From the IMG/VR virus record IMGVR_UViG_3300028998_000054, positions 1-6,902 of that record: a stretch of 6,902 nt of DNA. One strand, 5' to 3'. This DNA comes from a virus. The translations under genes and the position numbers were made by a program. How positions within the stretch are numbered: the stretch's first letter is position 1; each line of letters starts with the position of its first letter. This document shows positions 1 through 6,362 of this stretch, in pieces. The notes under the pieces are model-generated. The model was given only the letters and a program-made list of their open reading frames with translations, was not told the DNA's origin and made no database searches.

Positions 1-99
1 CCTACCACAAGCGTGTTCCTTGAACTTTTGGGAATCAAGGGGGTATTCATAAAGATTGGGAAAAAAGCGCTCCCAATCTTTACAAAACTTCCCCCTTGA
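1..99. repeat. Left copy of a terminal direct repeat. Positions 1-99 are identical to 6804-6902. The repeat is truncated by the window edges, so it may be longer.
   Basis: Base-by-base comparison of the first and last 99 nt shows a perfect match. This implies a circular or tandem unit of about 6803 bp. Confidence 0.9.
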
Positions 100-120
100 C
101 ACCCAAAAATTCAATTCCCA
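29..120. repeat. Compound nested inverted repeats. The pairs are TGGGAAT(29-35)/ATTCCCA(114-120), CAAGGGGG(36-43)/CCCCCTTG(91-98) and GATTGGGA(54-61)/TCCCAATC(71-78). This is a candidate ssDNA hairpin such as a packaging signal or minus-strand origin.
   Basis: Three concentric perfect inverted-repeat pairs are read directly from the sequence. The region is non-coding and lies between the end of zot and the regulatory module on the circular map. Confidence 0.5.
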
Positions 121-158
121 AATAAAAAAGGCCGTCTGAAAACAAACGACCTTTTCTG
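120..158 (-). terminator. Probable rho-independent terminator of the leftward structural operon. The hairpin is built from the DUS and a degenerate inverted partner, followed by a U-tract.
   Basis: The minus-strand RNA reads aaaaggucguuuguuuucagacggccuuuuuuauuu. The stem AGGUCG/CGGCCU has one G-U wobble and is extendable with A-U pairs, then comes UUUUUUAUUU. It lies immediately downstream of the stop of the last operon gene (159). Confidence 0.55.
129..140 (+). other. Neisseria DNA uptake sequence, 12-mer AGGCCGTCTGAA (AG-DUS dialect).
   Basis: Exact GCCGTCTGAA core preceded by AG, located 3' of the zot-like gene. Confidence 0.85.
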
Positions 159-1355
159 TTAGTTTGAGCCAACCACACCGCCATTCTGACCAAATTCTTT
201 GCCAGCTTCGACATAGCCGTCATACATCAGATTCTGCTGAGACTTTCCGCCCATAACTAAGACTGAAGAATCAGGTTTACTGACAGATGGTTTCTCAACA
301 ACTTCAGAATTTGATAATTCGTTCCGTTTTTCCTTATACGGATTAAAGGGGAGACCGTTTTTTACATATTCATTACAGGTTTTCTTGTCAATTTCCTTAA
401 TTGCCGACCCTTGCGATGAATAGCAAGAGCACCCCGAATTTCCGCCAGAAATACACGCCACAGGGTATTCCAACTGCTTGACTTGGCGAACATTATCATA
501 AATCGGTTTTGATTCTACAAGCCCGTCAACAGTAGGTTTTAGCATTTCTTCAGTCAAATGCCTATCTTCCCTGCTTGCAAGCTGTTGACCAACCGAGCCA
601 CCAACATTTTGCGAGCTTTTGACGGCCATACGATGGAAATCTTGAGGGGGAGGGCTTTCTATTTGAGACATAGGCAAATTTTGATTATTTGCTACAATCT
701 CTTCTTTTTGCCCCAAGCCTGTCAGCAATTTATAGCCCATAAAGGACGAAATGCCCAACACTAAAAAGGCAATCGGAATAATATATAGAACCCTACTTTT
801 CGGAGTTTTGACTTTAGTGTGTATTTCTGCCGACTTGTAAAGGCCAAATGACTTTTTGTCGAATTTATAGACTTCAGGTCTAGCATTTTTCATACCAGTT
901 TTAGGATTATTTTCACAGTAATCCCAAAAATAACGCATTCTAACGCCAAGTGGTGTTTTGTGGATGTGATAATGCGCCCCAACCAAGTCGCGAACCTGCT
1001 TATCAATTCGACCTGGCATTTGAGTAATCAATATAATATCTACCCCTGAATGTCTGTGCACATGAAGCCATTCTACAATCTCTGGAGTTTTTGAACCGGC
1101 GGAACGTGGCGGGAAAATATTCTGAGCTTCATCAATGACTACGACTGAGCCGTTATTTTCTGGCCATTTGAGCCAAACGTGCATGTCTTGGATTGTATGG
1201 CCATCGGGGATAGGCTCGGTTGGAATCGTCAATTCAGGGATACCGTGAATAAATATTTTCCGACCAGCCCATTCTTTATCTACTTTTTTTGCCAAATCTG
1301 AGACGGCCATTAGTGTCTTGCCAGAGCCTGGAACGCCAGTAATTAAAGTAATCAT
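159..1355 (-). CDS. zot: Zot-like / pI-family filamentous phage assembly ATPase.
   Basis: N-terminal Walker A GVPGSGKT and Walker B VVVIDEAQ. One central transmembrane helix VLYIIPIAFLVLGISSFMGYKLL followed by a C-terminal periplasmic domain. Last gene of the structural operon after the pVI-like gene, as in CTXphi/Ff. Confidence 0.85.
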   Translation of the reverse strand: MITLITGVPGSGKTLMAVSDLAKKVDKEWAGRKIFIHGIPELTIPTEPIPDGHTIQDMHVWLKWPENNGSVVVIDEAQNIFPPRSAGSKTPEIVEWLHVHRHSGVDIILITQMPGRIDKQVRDLVGAHYHIHKTPLGVRMRYFWDYCENNPKTGMKNARPEVYKFDKKSFGLYKSAEIHTKVKTPKSRVLYIIPIAFLVLGISSFMGYKLLTGLGQKEEIVANNQNLPMSQIESPPPQDFHRMAVKSSQNVGGSVGQQLASREDRHLTEEMLKPTVDGLVESKPIYDNVRQVKQLEYPVACISGGNSGCSCYSSQGSAIKEIDKKTCNEYVKNGLPFNPYKEKRNELSNSEVVEKPSVSKPDSSVLVMGGKSQQNLMYDGYVEAGKEFGQNGGVVGSN

Positions 1356-1365
1356 TTCAAAACCT

Positions 1366-1689
1366 CTATTTAATAAATTTTAACGAACGATATGAAGCCC
1401 AAATTCCGAATGAAAAAGAAAATCCGCCAAATATGACGTTCAACGCTTCGGGAATGCCAGCGAGACCCAAAAGCCCGACCAAATCAGCAGGCATGGCGAA
1501 ATAATTGGTTTTTATGTAATCCAAAATTCCATCAAAAGCAAAACCCAACCCCTCATACGAAACAAGCGAGACGCCTAAACCTACAAGAACCTGAAAAAAA
1601 AGTGTCTTTAAAGATGGCAGAAAAGTAACCAAAAGCCTGCCCAAGTAAGACATCAGTACGCGTAAAAGACCAGCAAGAAAAGCAGGCAT
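1366..1689 (-). CDS. pVI-like minor coat / hydrophobic membrane protein.
   Basis: 107 aa, strongly hydrophobic with several predicted TM segments. It sits between the pIII-like and pI-like genes, which is the gVI position in Ff and the ace position in CTXphi. Its start is 3 nt from the pIII stop. Confidence 0.5.
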   Translation of the reverse strand: MPAFLAGLLRVLMSYLGRLLVTFLPSLKTLFFQVLVGLGVSLVSYEGLGFAFDGILDYIKTNYFAMPADLVGLLGLAGIPEALNVIFGGFSFSFGIWASYRSLKFIK

Positions 1690-1692
1690 TTT

Positions 1693-3324
1693 TTATCCTC
1701 TACCACTAAAAGCTTTAAAAACCAACATTGCCGAAATAAAATAAGCCATAAAAATAAAAACATAGCGCAATTTTTCGACGGCCATACAGACATAAGACAT
1801 CGGAAGCTGATGAGTTCCGAATTGCCCAAAATCTAAAGTTATATCTTGAGGACATGCGCCACCTGTACTAAATGCTGATGACGGCTTAAATGTGCCAAAA
1901 TCGCCATTTGATTTAAGACCGCCCCAGTCAGGCTCGCCATCTCCATTACCAAAAGGAGAATCAGGCATTTCAGGCAACTCCGAATCTTGGCCACCACCAC
2001 CACCGCCTGAACCATTCGTTCCACTTGTTCCACTTCCGCCTGTCGTTTCACTTCCACCGCTTCCGCCAGTCGTTCCACTTCCACCGCTTCCGCCAGTCGT
2101 TCCACTTCCACCACTTCCGCCTGTCGTTCCATCTTGACCGCCACCGCCACCATTTCCGCCCCCTTGCTTACCGCTGTCGGGCGTTGTGGCGTGGTCAGCT
2201 CCGCTTCGACCACCGCCACCACCGCCCCCAGCGGATGAGCCATTAGGGCTTGATGATTGTGCGTCTTGTTTATTTGAAGAACTCGAAGAGCCAGTAGAGC
2301 CGACAGTTGAAATTTCTGTTTTCGGTTTGTGTTTATAAGTGCAGACTACTGAAAATGTACCGTTAGATTTCTTGCCAAAGGTCATATTTGAACCCGGGCC
2401 ACAATCCCCATCCTGTGAAGATACTTTATAAGTACTAATACTGGCGGAACCTAAAGGCCTACCACCAGAACTATCAGGCTCATAAACCTGACAAAACGTC
2501 CCCCCGCTAAAATGCTCTTGCATTCTCATTGCCCAACCATTAGAAGTAGTACCAGTACACGCACCTTCTAAAGTATCTGAAACAGCTCCTGTATCATCGT
2601 TTACATAAATATCTTCAACTTTTCTACCAGAACTTCCGCCACCGCCATGACTTCCACCACCGCCACCGCCTGAGCTTCCGCCACCGCCTGAGCTTCCGCC
2701 ACCGCCATGGCTTCCACCACCGCCATTGCTTCCGCCACCGCCATGGCTTCCACCACCGCCATTGCTTCCGCCACCGCCATGGCTTCCACCACCGCCACCA
2801 TTACCATTCGTTCCGTTATTTTTATTTTTTTCCTTTTCTTCTTCCTGACGTCTTTGCTGTTCTTTCTTTACTTGGATTTCTCTCAATAGCTTTTGGTATT
2901 CGTTTTCATCTTCCAAAGCCTTTTTTAGCTTCTCCTTTTCGATTCCAAGCTTTTTTGCGTTTTCGGCCACGTCCTTTTCACCCATACTTATTTTTTTATT
3001 CCCCGAATTATTGGGCAATACATCTTCAATATCAAAGACTTGCATTTCCTGTTTTTTACCCTTTGAACCTTGATACTCAGTTCTATAAAGACACTGGTCT
3101 AGGACACAGGCAACTTTTGTTATTGTGGTAATGTGCGTGATACCTGTTTTTTTATCCAAAATGCCTATTTGTTTCGGCTCCCATAGACTTGTCATATCAT
3201 TGAGGCGTTTATCAGTTCTAAATCCCCAAGTAACATCTCCGACTTTTGCAGTATCTGCAAATGACGGAACAGGAAATAAAAAAGCGACCGCCATTACTGC
3301 GACCGCTAGAAAATTTTTTCTCAT
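1693..3324 (-). CDS. pIII-like minor coat / adsorption protein with Gly-rich linkers.
   Basis: 543 aa. Signal peptide MRKNFLAVAVMAVAFLFPVPSFA and cysteine-containing N-terminal domains. Two long Gly/Ser-rich linker repeats, (GGGGSHGGGGSN)n and (TTGGSGGSG)n. C-terminal membrane anchor YVFIFMAYFISAMLVFKAF. Its position follows the major coat gene. Confidence 0.8.
   Translation of the reverse strand: MRKNFLAVAVMAVAFLFPVPSFADTAKVGDVTWGFRTDKRLNDMTSLWEPKQIGILDKKTGITHITTITKVACVLDQCLYRTEYQGSKGKKQEMQVFDIEDVLPNNSGNKKISMGEKDVAENAKKLGIEKEKLKKALEDENEYQKLLREIQVKKEQQRRQEEEKEKNKNNGTNGNGGGGGSHGGGGSNGGGGSHGGGGSNGGGGSHGGGGSSGGGGSSGGGGGGSHGGGGSSGRKVEDIYVNDDTGAVSDTLEGACTGTTSNGWAMRMQEHFSGGTFCQVYEPDSSGGRPLGSASISTYKVSSQDGDCGPGSNMTFGKKSNGTFSVVCTYKHKPKTEISTVGSTGSSSSSNKQDAQSSSPNGSSAGGGGGGGRSGADHATTPDSGKQGGGNGGGGGQDGTTGGSGGSGTTGGSGGSGTTGGSGGSETTGGSGTSGTNGSGGGGGGQDSELPEMPDSPFGNGDGEPDWGGLKSNGDFGTFKPSSAFSTGGACPQDITLDFGQFGTHQLPMSYVCMAVEKLRYVFIFMAYFISAMLVFKAFSGRG
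2017..2135. repeat. Tandem 27-nt coding repeat, about 4 copies, encoding TTGGSGGSG units of the pIII linker.
   Basis: The unit cgttccacttccaccgcttccgccagt is repeated at 2017, 2044, 2071 and 2098 with minor variants. Confidence 0.8.
2631..2808. repeat. Tandem 36-nt coding repeat (18-nt sub-period in places), about 5 copies, encoding GGGGSHGGGGSN units.
   Basis: The ccatgg motif recurs with a 36-nt period (2705, 2741, 2777), and ccgcctgagcttccgcc is duplicated. Confidence 0.8.
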
Positions 3325-3388
3325 AACTTACCCCTTAAACAAAAAAATCAAAGACAAAGTTGCTAAAAAACCAACGAAAAACGGAAAA

Positions 3389-3691
3389 TCAGTTACCATC
3401 TGAAACACCTGACGAATTAATAAAACGAGCTACAACCCTAAAACAAAACATAATCACAAAAACCAAAACAAATGGCGTTGCAATCTGAGAACCATAGCCC
3501 ATCTGTTCTAAAATCGAACATTCAGGAAAATTTAAAACTACCTTTTCAGGCCCAACAAACCAGTCTTTCCCCTGTTTACGAGGGGCTATCAAATAGCCCT
3601 CAGAATGCAAAACGGGGACAATTTGGGAAACAACATAATCAGTCGCTGTTTCATTAGTCTGAAAGCATTGCAACCCTACACGCGCACCCAT
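3389..3691 (-). CDS. Hypothetical small membrane protein. It may be a minor virion or assembly protein.
   Basis: 100 aa ORF between the major coat and pIII genes in the operon. It has a C-terminal hydrophobic segment IATPFVLVFVIMFCF. No recognisable motif. Confidence 0.45.
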   Translation of the reverse strand: MGARVGLQCFQTNETATDYVVSQIVPVLHSEGYLIAPRKQGKDWFVGPEKVVLNFPECSILEQMGYGSQIATPFVLVFVIMFCFRVVARFINSSGVSDGN

Positions 3692-3706
3692 ATTGCCCCC
3701 AGTTTC

Positions 3707-3922
3707 TTAACCGCGCAGGAAGCTTGAAACCAAACGGAAAGCTTTAATAAGCACGTACACGCCAATCAAAGCAACACCCACAGCAGTTACTACCGGAGCA
3801 ACCTTTGCAAGTTCACCCGTAATACTGGCAGACACATCGCCAATACCTTCGGCCATAGTCAAAGCAGAAGCGGTTGCCAGAGTTGCGCCAACGGCGACTT
3901 TTTTCAGATTTGCGAGTTTCAT
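3707..3922 (-). CDS. pVIII-like major coat protein.
   Basis: 71 aa. Signal peptide ending ALTMA. The mature part (about 47 aa) has an acidic N-terminus (EGIGD), a hydrophobic core (VAPVVTAVGVALIGVYVLI) and a basic C-terminus (KAFRLVSSFLRG). Confidence 0.8.
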   Translation of the reverse strand: MKLANLKKVAVGATLATASALTMAEGIGDVSASITGELAKVAPVVTAVGVALIGVYVLIKAFRLVSSFLRG

Positions 3923-3948
3923 AGTTTTACCTCAAAAATTAATAAAAT

Positions 3949-3968
3949 TCCGCTTTCGGGGGCAAGCG
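3949..3968 (-). other. RNA hairpin between the ssDNA-binding gene and the coat gene, CCGCTT-N8-AAGCGG.
   Basis: Perfect 6-bp inverted repeat with a G-rich 8-nt loop in the 59-nt intergenic gap. Confidence 0.3.
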
Positions 3969-3981
3969 GACAGCCCTAAAA

Positions 3982-4293
3982 TTATTTCTGCGGATTGCTT
4001 TCTTTTTTGATATTCACAGGCTGGATGTCAACAATCACGTTTTGAACGCGATTACCGTTAGTCTGTACTTCAATATCGATTTCCGCTTCAAACGGCAATG
4101 GAATGCCGTTGAATTTTTCAAAATTTTCAGAAGTACCGAATTTCATCGGCTCGGTTGCTGAGCCACGCATATCAGCGTTATCACGCGCAAATGGAAACTC
4201 GACATAAACCGTTGTCGAATCATAGGCCTTGCCTGTATCGTTCATCACGCCTTTGGAACGTTTCAAGCCTTGCACCTTAGCGAACATTTTCAT
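3982..4293 (-). CDS. Probable ssDNA-binding protein (gene V / RstB analogue).
   Basis: 103 aa hydrophilic ORF immediately downstream of rep and upstream of the major coat gene. Size and position match filamentous phage ssDNA-binding proteins. No sequence motif confirms this. Confidence 0.5.
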   Translation of the reverse strand: MKMFAKVQGLKRSKGVMNDTGKAYDSTTVYVEFPFARDNADMRGSATEPMKFGTSENFEKFNGIPLPFEAEIDIEVQTNGNRVQNVIVDIQPVNIKKESNPQK

Positions 4294-4324
4294 TTTTAAA
4301 ACTACCTTCCTGCCTTTTTAGGCT

Positions 4325-5548
4325 TTAGTGATTTAAATAGATTTCTCTATCTTCCAAAACCATGCCGTAATCATCAATCAATTCCAACTCAATAGAATCT
4401 TTATATTCGTCATGGATAAATTCTAAATACCGCTTATCTTGCAGAGCATAAGACGCGGGATTTACTCTTTCTGGCAACGAGCCATCTTTTCTTTTAAGGC
4501 ATTCAACAATTTCCGAATCCGACATTCCCAGTTGCAACATCATATTAATTGCACGGCCTGCCTGATTACTTGCGACTTCCTTAACTCTTTCTATTGAAAT
4601 CTCAAGTCTTTTTAATGCTGAAACCGTTCTTTCCGTTGAACCTTTTTCCTGAAATTTCTCGCATATCGGAAATGCGCCACCCCAAAACTGACCGGGGAAA
4701 AGAAGAATATCTAAAGGAAGAATACAATTCCGACCCATGAATTGAAGCTCAAATCGGCACCAATTAACGCCTGAAACGTCACCTTGCTCTTTAGCTTTGT
4801 CATAAATTCGCGCATAACATGATGACTGTTTAGAGCCTATGCCCAACGTCTTACCTGTATTCGTATCATTCAACCAATCAGACCCAATTTGCGAAACCAA
4901 AGGTTTTTTTCCGCGCTTATTAAACTCTCCATTGTTATAGGAAACCCAAGCAGAATCGGGCGAAATTTCGCATTCGAAAAAATCTTTTGCTATATCACAA
5001 CGCGTTATTTTGGGATTTTTCGCAAACATCAAAAATTTATATAACCGCTTTTCCCAGCCGTCTAAAGCAACATTGCAACCTTTACCGCTCAACTCAATCA
5101 AAAGGGTGTCATTCTGACCGCCGATATAGACTTGACCATACAGAACGCCATCAACCGAAATTTCCCATCGTTGTCCATAAAATCGACCCTTTCCGACCGG
5201 AGCAGGGGACGACACGCCGAACCCAAATATAAACTCTGAAATTTCCGACCAATTCCTTATAACGTCATAGTCAGAAATCGGCGTTGAGATTCCTACTTGC
5301 TTACCGTCAACACAAAAACCAGTCACTGACGATTCGTGGAAAGTGAAGCTCAGCGTATCAATAAAAGCCGAGTTACCCAGCCCCTTACGAAGAGGAACGG
5401 CTTTAATATTGCCGTCATAGTCAATAACGTACTTTTCATAACGTTCGTATTCTTGAGCTTCGCAGTAACTGTCTGAATCTCGACCCCCCCTGTTAGATAG
5501 GGGGGGGGCATAAGCCCCAGAGGTTTTAAGCTGTTCAATCTTTCTCAT
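4325..5548 (-). CDS. Rolling-circle replication initiation protein (Rep_trans / RstA-like).
   Basis: 407 aa, first large gene of the leftward operon next to the divergent promoter region. Its length, position and sequence character fit phage replication initiation factors of Neisseria and Vibrio filamentous phages. This family assignment is from memory, not a search. Confidence 0.7.
   Translation of the reverse strand: MRKIEQLKTSGAYAPPLSNRGGRDSDSYCEAQEYERYEKYVIDYDGNIKAVPLRKGLGNSAFIDTLSFTFHESSVTGFCVDGKQVGISTPISDYDVIRNWSEISEFIFGFGVSSPAPVGKGRFYGQRWEISVDGVLYGQVYIGGQNDTLLIELSGKGCNVALDGWEKRLYKFLMFAKNPKITRCDIAKDFFECEISPDSAWVSYNNGEFNKRGKKPLVSQIGSDWLNDTNTGKTLGIGSKQSSCYARIYDKAKEQGDVSGVNWCRFELQFMGRNCILPLDILLFPGQFWGGAFPICEKFQEKGSTERTVSALKRLEISIERVKEVASNQAGRAINMMLQLGMSDSEIVECLKRKDGSLPERVNPASYALQDKRYLEFIHDEYKDSIELELIDDYGMVLEDREIYLNH
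5484..5508. repeat. Homopolymer pair C7 (5484-5490) and G9 (5500-5508) separated by TGTTAGATA. On the coding strand this is C9...G7 within rep codons 15-22.
   Basis: Read directly. The pair forms a 7-bp G/C stem with a 9-nt loop and encodes PPLSNRGG near the Rep N-terminus. Confidence 0.9.
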
Positions 5549-5750
5549 TTAGCAACCCCAAATCCTCTTTTTCCAAGCCATAAGAAACAGGAATTGCAAT
5601 ACCAGCAACAACCCAGACTTCCGCACGAGAAACAGCAAGAACTTGAGAGCAATCATGAAAATATAACGTATTCAACAAAACGTTATTTTCACGACATTCA
5701 ACGCGCCATCCTGCCTCTTCTTGAATCACTTTTGCACTACGCTTTTTCAT
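5535..5750 (-). CDS. Small hypothetical protein upstream of rep. Its stop overlaps the rep start by 14 nt.
   Basis: 71 aa ORF with AAAGG 7 nt upstream of its ATG. It runs in the same direction as rep. An alternative antisense ORF exists (5594-5854 +), so this call is uncertain. Confidence 0.4.
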   Translation of the reverse strand: MKKRSAKVIQEEAGWRVECRENNVLLNTLYFHDCSQVLAVSRAEVWVVAGIAIPVSYGLEKEDLGLLNEKD

Positions 5751-5904
5751 GTTTTGACCTTTTTACAACACATAACTGTTATTTGCATTCATGCATGCAT
5801 TTTTGGCATTGTATTCATGTATGCAAATATGCACAATACAAATATGCTTGTTAACAAGTAACGCCTTGTTTTATATTGCATAAAAGTTTTAGGAAAAATG
5901 ACGC
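5751..5904. promoter_or_regulatory. Divergent promoter/operator region between the leftward rep-structural operon and the rightward regulatory module.
   Basis: AT-rich 154-bp gap. Palindrome ATGCATGCAT (5791-5800) and direct repeats CAAATATGC at 5824 and 5839. Perfect 12-bp palindrome CTTGTTAACAAG (5847-5858) overlaps a -35-like TTGTTA, with a -10-like TATATT at 5872-5877. AGGA at 5891-5894 lies 10 nt before the ATG at 5905. Confidence 0.55.
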
Positions 5905-6093
5905 ATGAAATCACTGAGAATCAAAGAAGAGCAGGAAGAGAGCATTAGACGGCTTGCCATCAATGCCAATAAGAAACTGATACAGCTTGGGCGCGAACCG
6001 CTGAAAGACAGCGAGCTTGCCCATATACTTCTAAACGAAGCAATCAAACGCGCCTACATCGGCGAAGACGGCGAAATCACGATTAAGAAATAA
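5905..6093 (+). CDS. Small putative DNA-binding regulator, with a possible ribbon-helix-helix-like fold.
   Basis: 62 aa. N-terminal short beta-like segment (KSLRIK) followed by two predicted helices. First gene after the divergent operator. Its stop overlaps the next ORF's start in TAATG. Confidence 0.45.
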   Translation: MKSLRIKEEQEESIRRLAINANKKLIQLGREPLKDSELAHILLNEAIKRAYIGEDGEITIKK

Positions 6094-6314
6094 TGAAATC
6101 CTTAAAAAATCTATTGCTTATTTCAATAGGCTTTTCAATCGGTTATTTCACTGGATTCATACAAGGGGAATCAAAGGCAATTGAATGCCTAAAGACCCAA
6201 AAACCGACAGAGCTAAACTTATACTGTCTTTTTTCTTCCCCCAACGTCGAATTTATCGAACTGGACAAACTCGAAGAAACAAACCTACAAAATAAGGAGC
6301 AAACGCTCAAATAG
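6093..6314 (+). CDS. Small single-pass membrane protein of unknown function.
   Basis: 73 aa with N-terminal TM helix LLLISIGFSIGYFTGFI. Translationally coupled to the upstream ORF through a 1-nt overlap. Confidence 0.45.
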   Translation: MKSLKNLLLISIGFSIGYFTGFIQGESKAIECLKTQKPTELNLYCLFSSPNVEFIELDKLEETNLQNKEQTLK

Positions 6315-6338
6315 AGAGCGTTTGCTCATTGAATTAAA

Positions 6339-6361
6339 ATAAGCCCCGGAAAGGGGCTTAT
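6339..6361 (+). promoter_or_regulatory. Stable hairpin ATAAGCCCC-GGAAA-GGGGCTTAT (9-bp stem) that ends 1 nt before the start codon of the HTH gene.
   Basis: Perfect inverted repeat. The 3' arm contains the only SD-like sequence, AAGGGG, 6 nt before the ATG at 6363. No T-tract follows on the plus strand, so it is more likely a translational or processing element than a simple terminator. Confidence 0.5.
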
Positions 6362-6362
6362 C

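Noticed and set aside
558-764. 68-aa plus-strand ORF inside the zot-like gene.
   Set aside because: It is antisense to a well-supported ATPase gene, with no RBS and unremarkable composition.
159-1355. Zot as an enterotoxin or virulence cargo, and cargo genes downstream of zot as ctxAB is in CTXphi.
   Set aside because: Zot-family proteins are primarily pI assembly ATPases. Toxin activity is specific to the V. cholerae protein's C-terminal fragment. Here zot is followed directly by the terminator/DUS with no cargo ORF.
1839-2246. ORFs 1839..2243 (-), 1892..2137 (+) and 2025..2246 (+), which translate as Pro-rich or His/Arg-rich repetitive proteins.
   Set aside because: They lie entirely within the pIII-like gene and arise from reading the GC-rich 27-nt tandem repeat in other frames. 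Their low-complexity composition is an artefact of the repeat.
2017-2808. Possible CRISPR array or non-coding VNTR suggested by regular tandem repeats.
   Set aside because: The repeats are in frame inside a long ORF that has a signal peptide and a membrane anchor. There are no spacers of unique sequence, and the repeats are contiguous. They are coding linker repeats.
2601-2889. ORFs 2601..2807 (-) and 2707..2889 (+), which encode AMAVAEA-type or MASTTAIASATA-type repeats.
   Set aside because: These are alternate-frame readings of the 36-nt Gly-linker repeat inside the pIII-like gene.
3125-3403. 92-aa plus-strand ORF overlapping the 5' end of the pIII gene.
   Set aside because: It is antisense to the pIII signal-peptide region and runs against the operon direction. 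It is likely spurious.
3472-3657. 61-aa plus-strand ORF.
   Set aside because: It is fully antisense to the 100-aa minus-strand ORF within a compact unidirectional operon.
4987-5538. ORFs 4987..5232 (+) and 5350..5538 (-) within rep.
   Set aside because: They are embedded in or alternate-frame to the 407-aa rep ORF and have no independent support.
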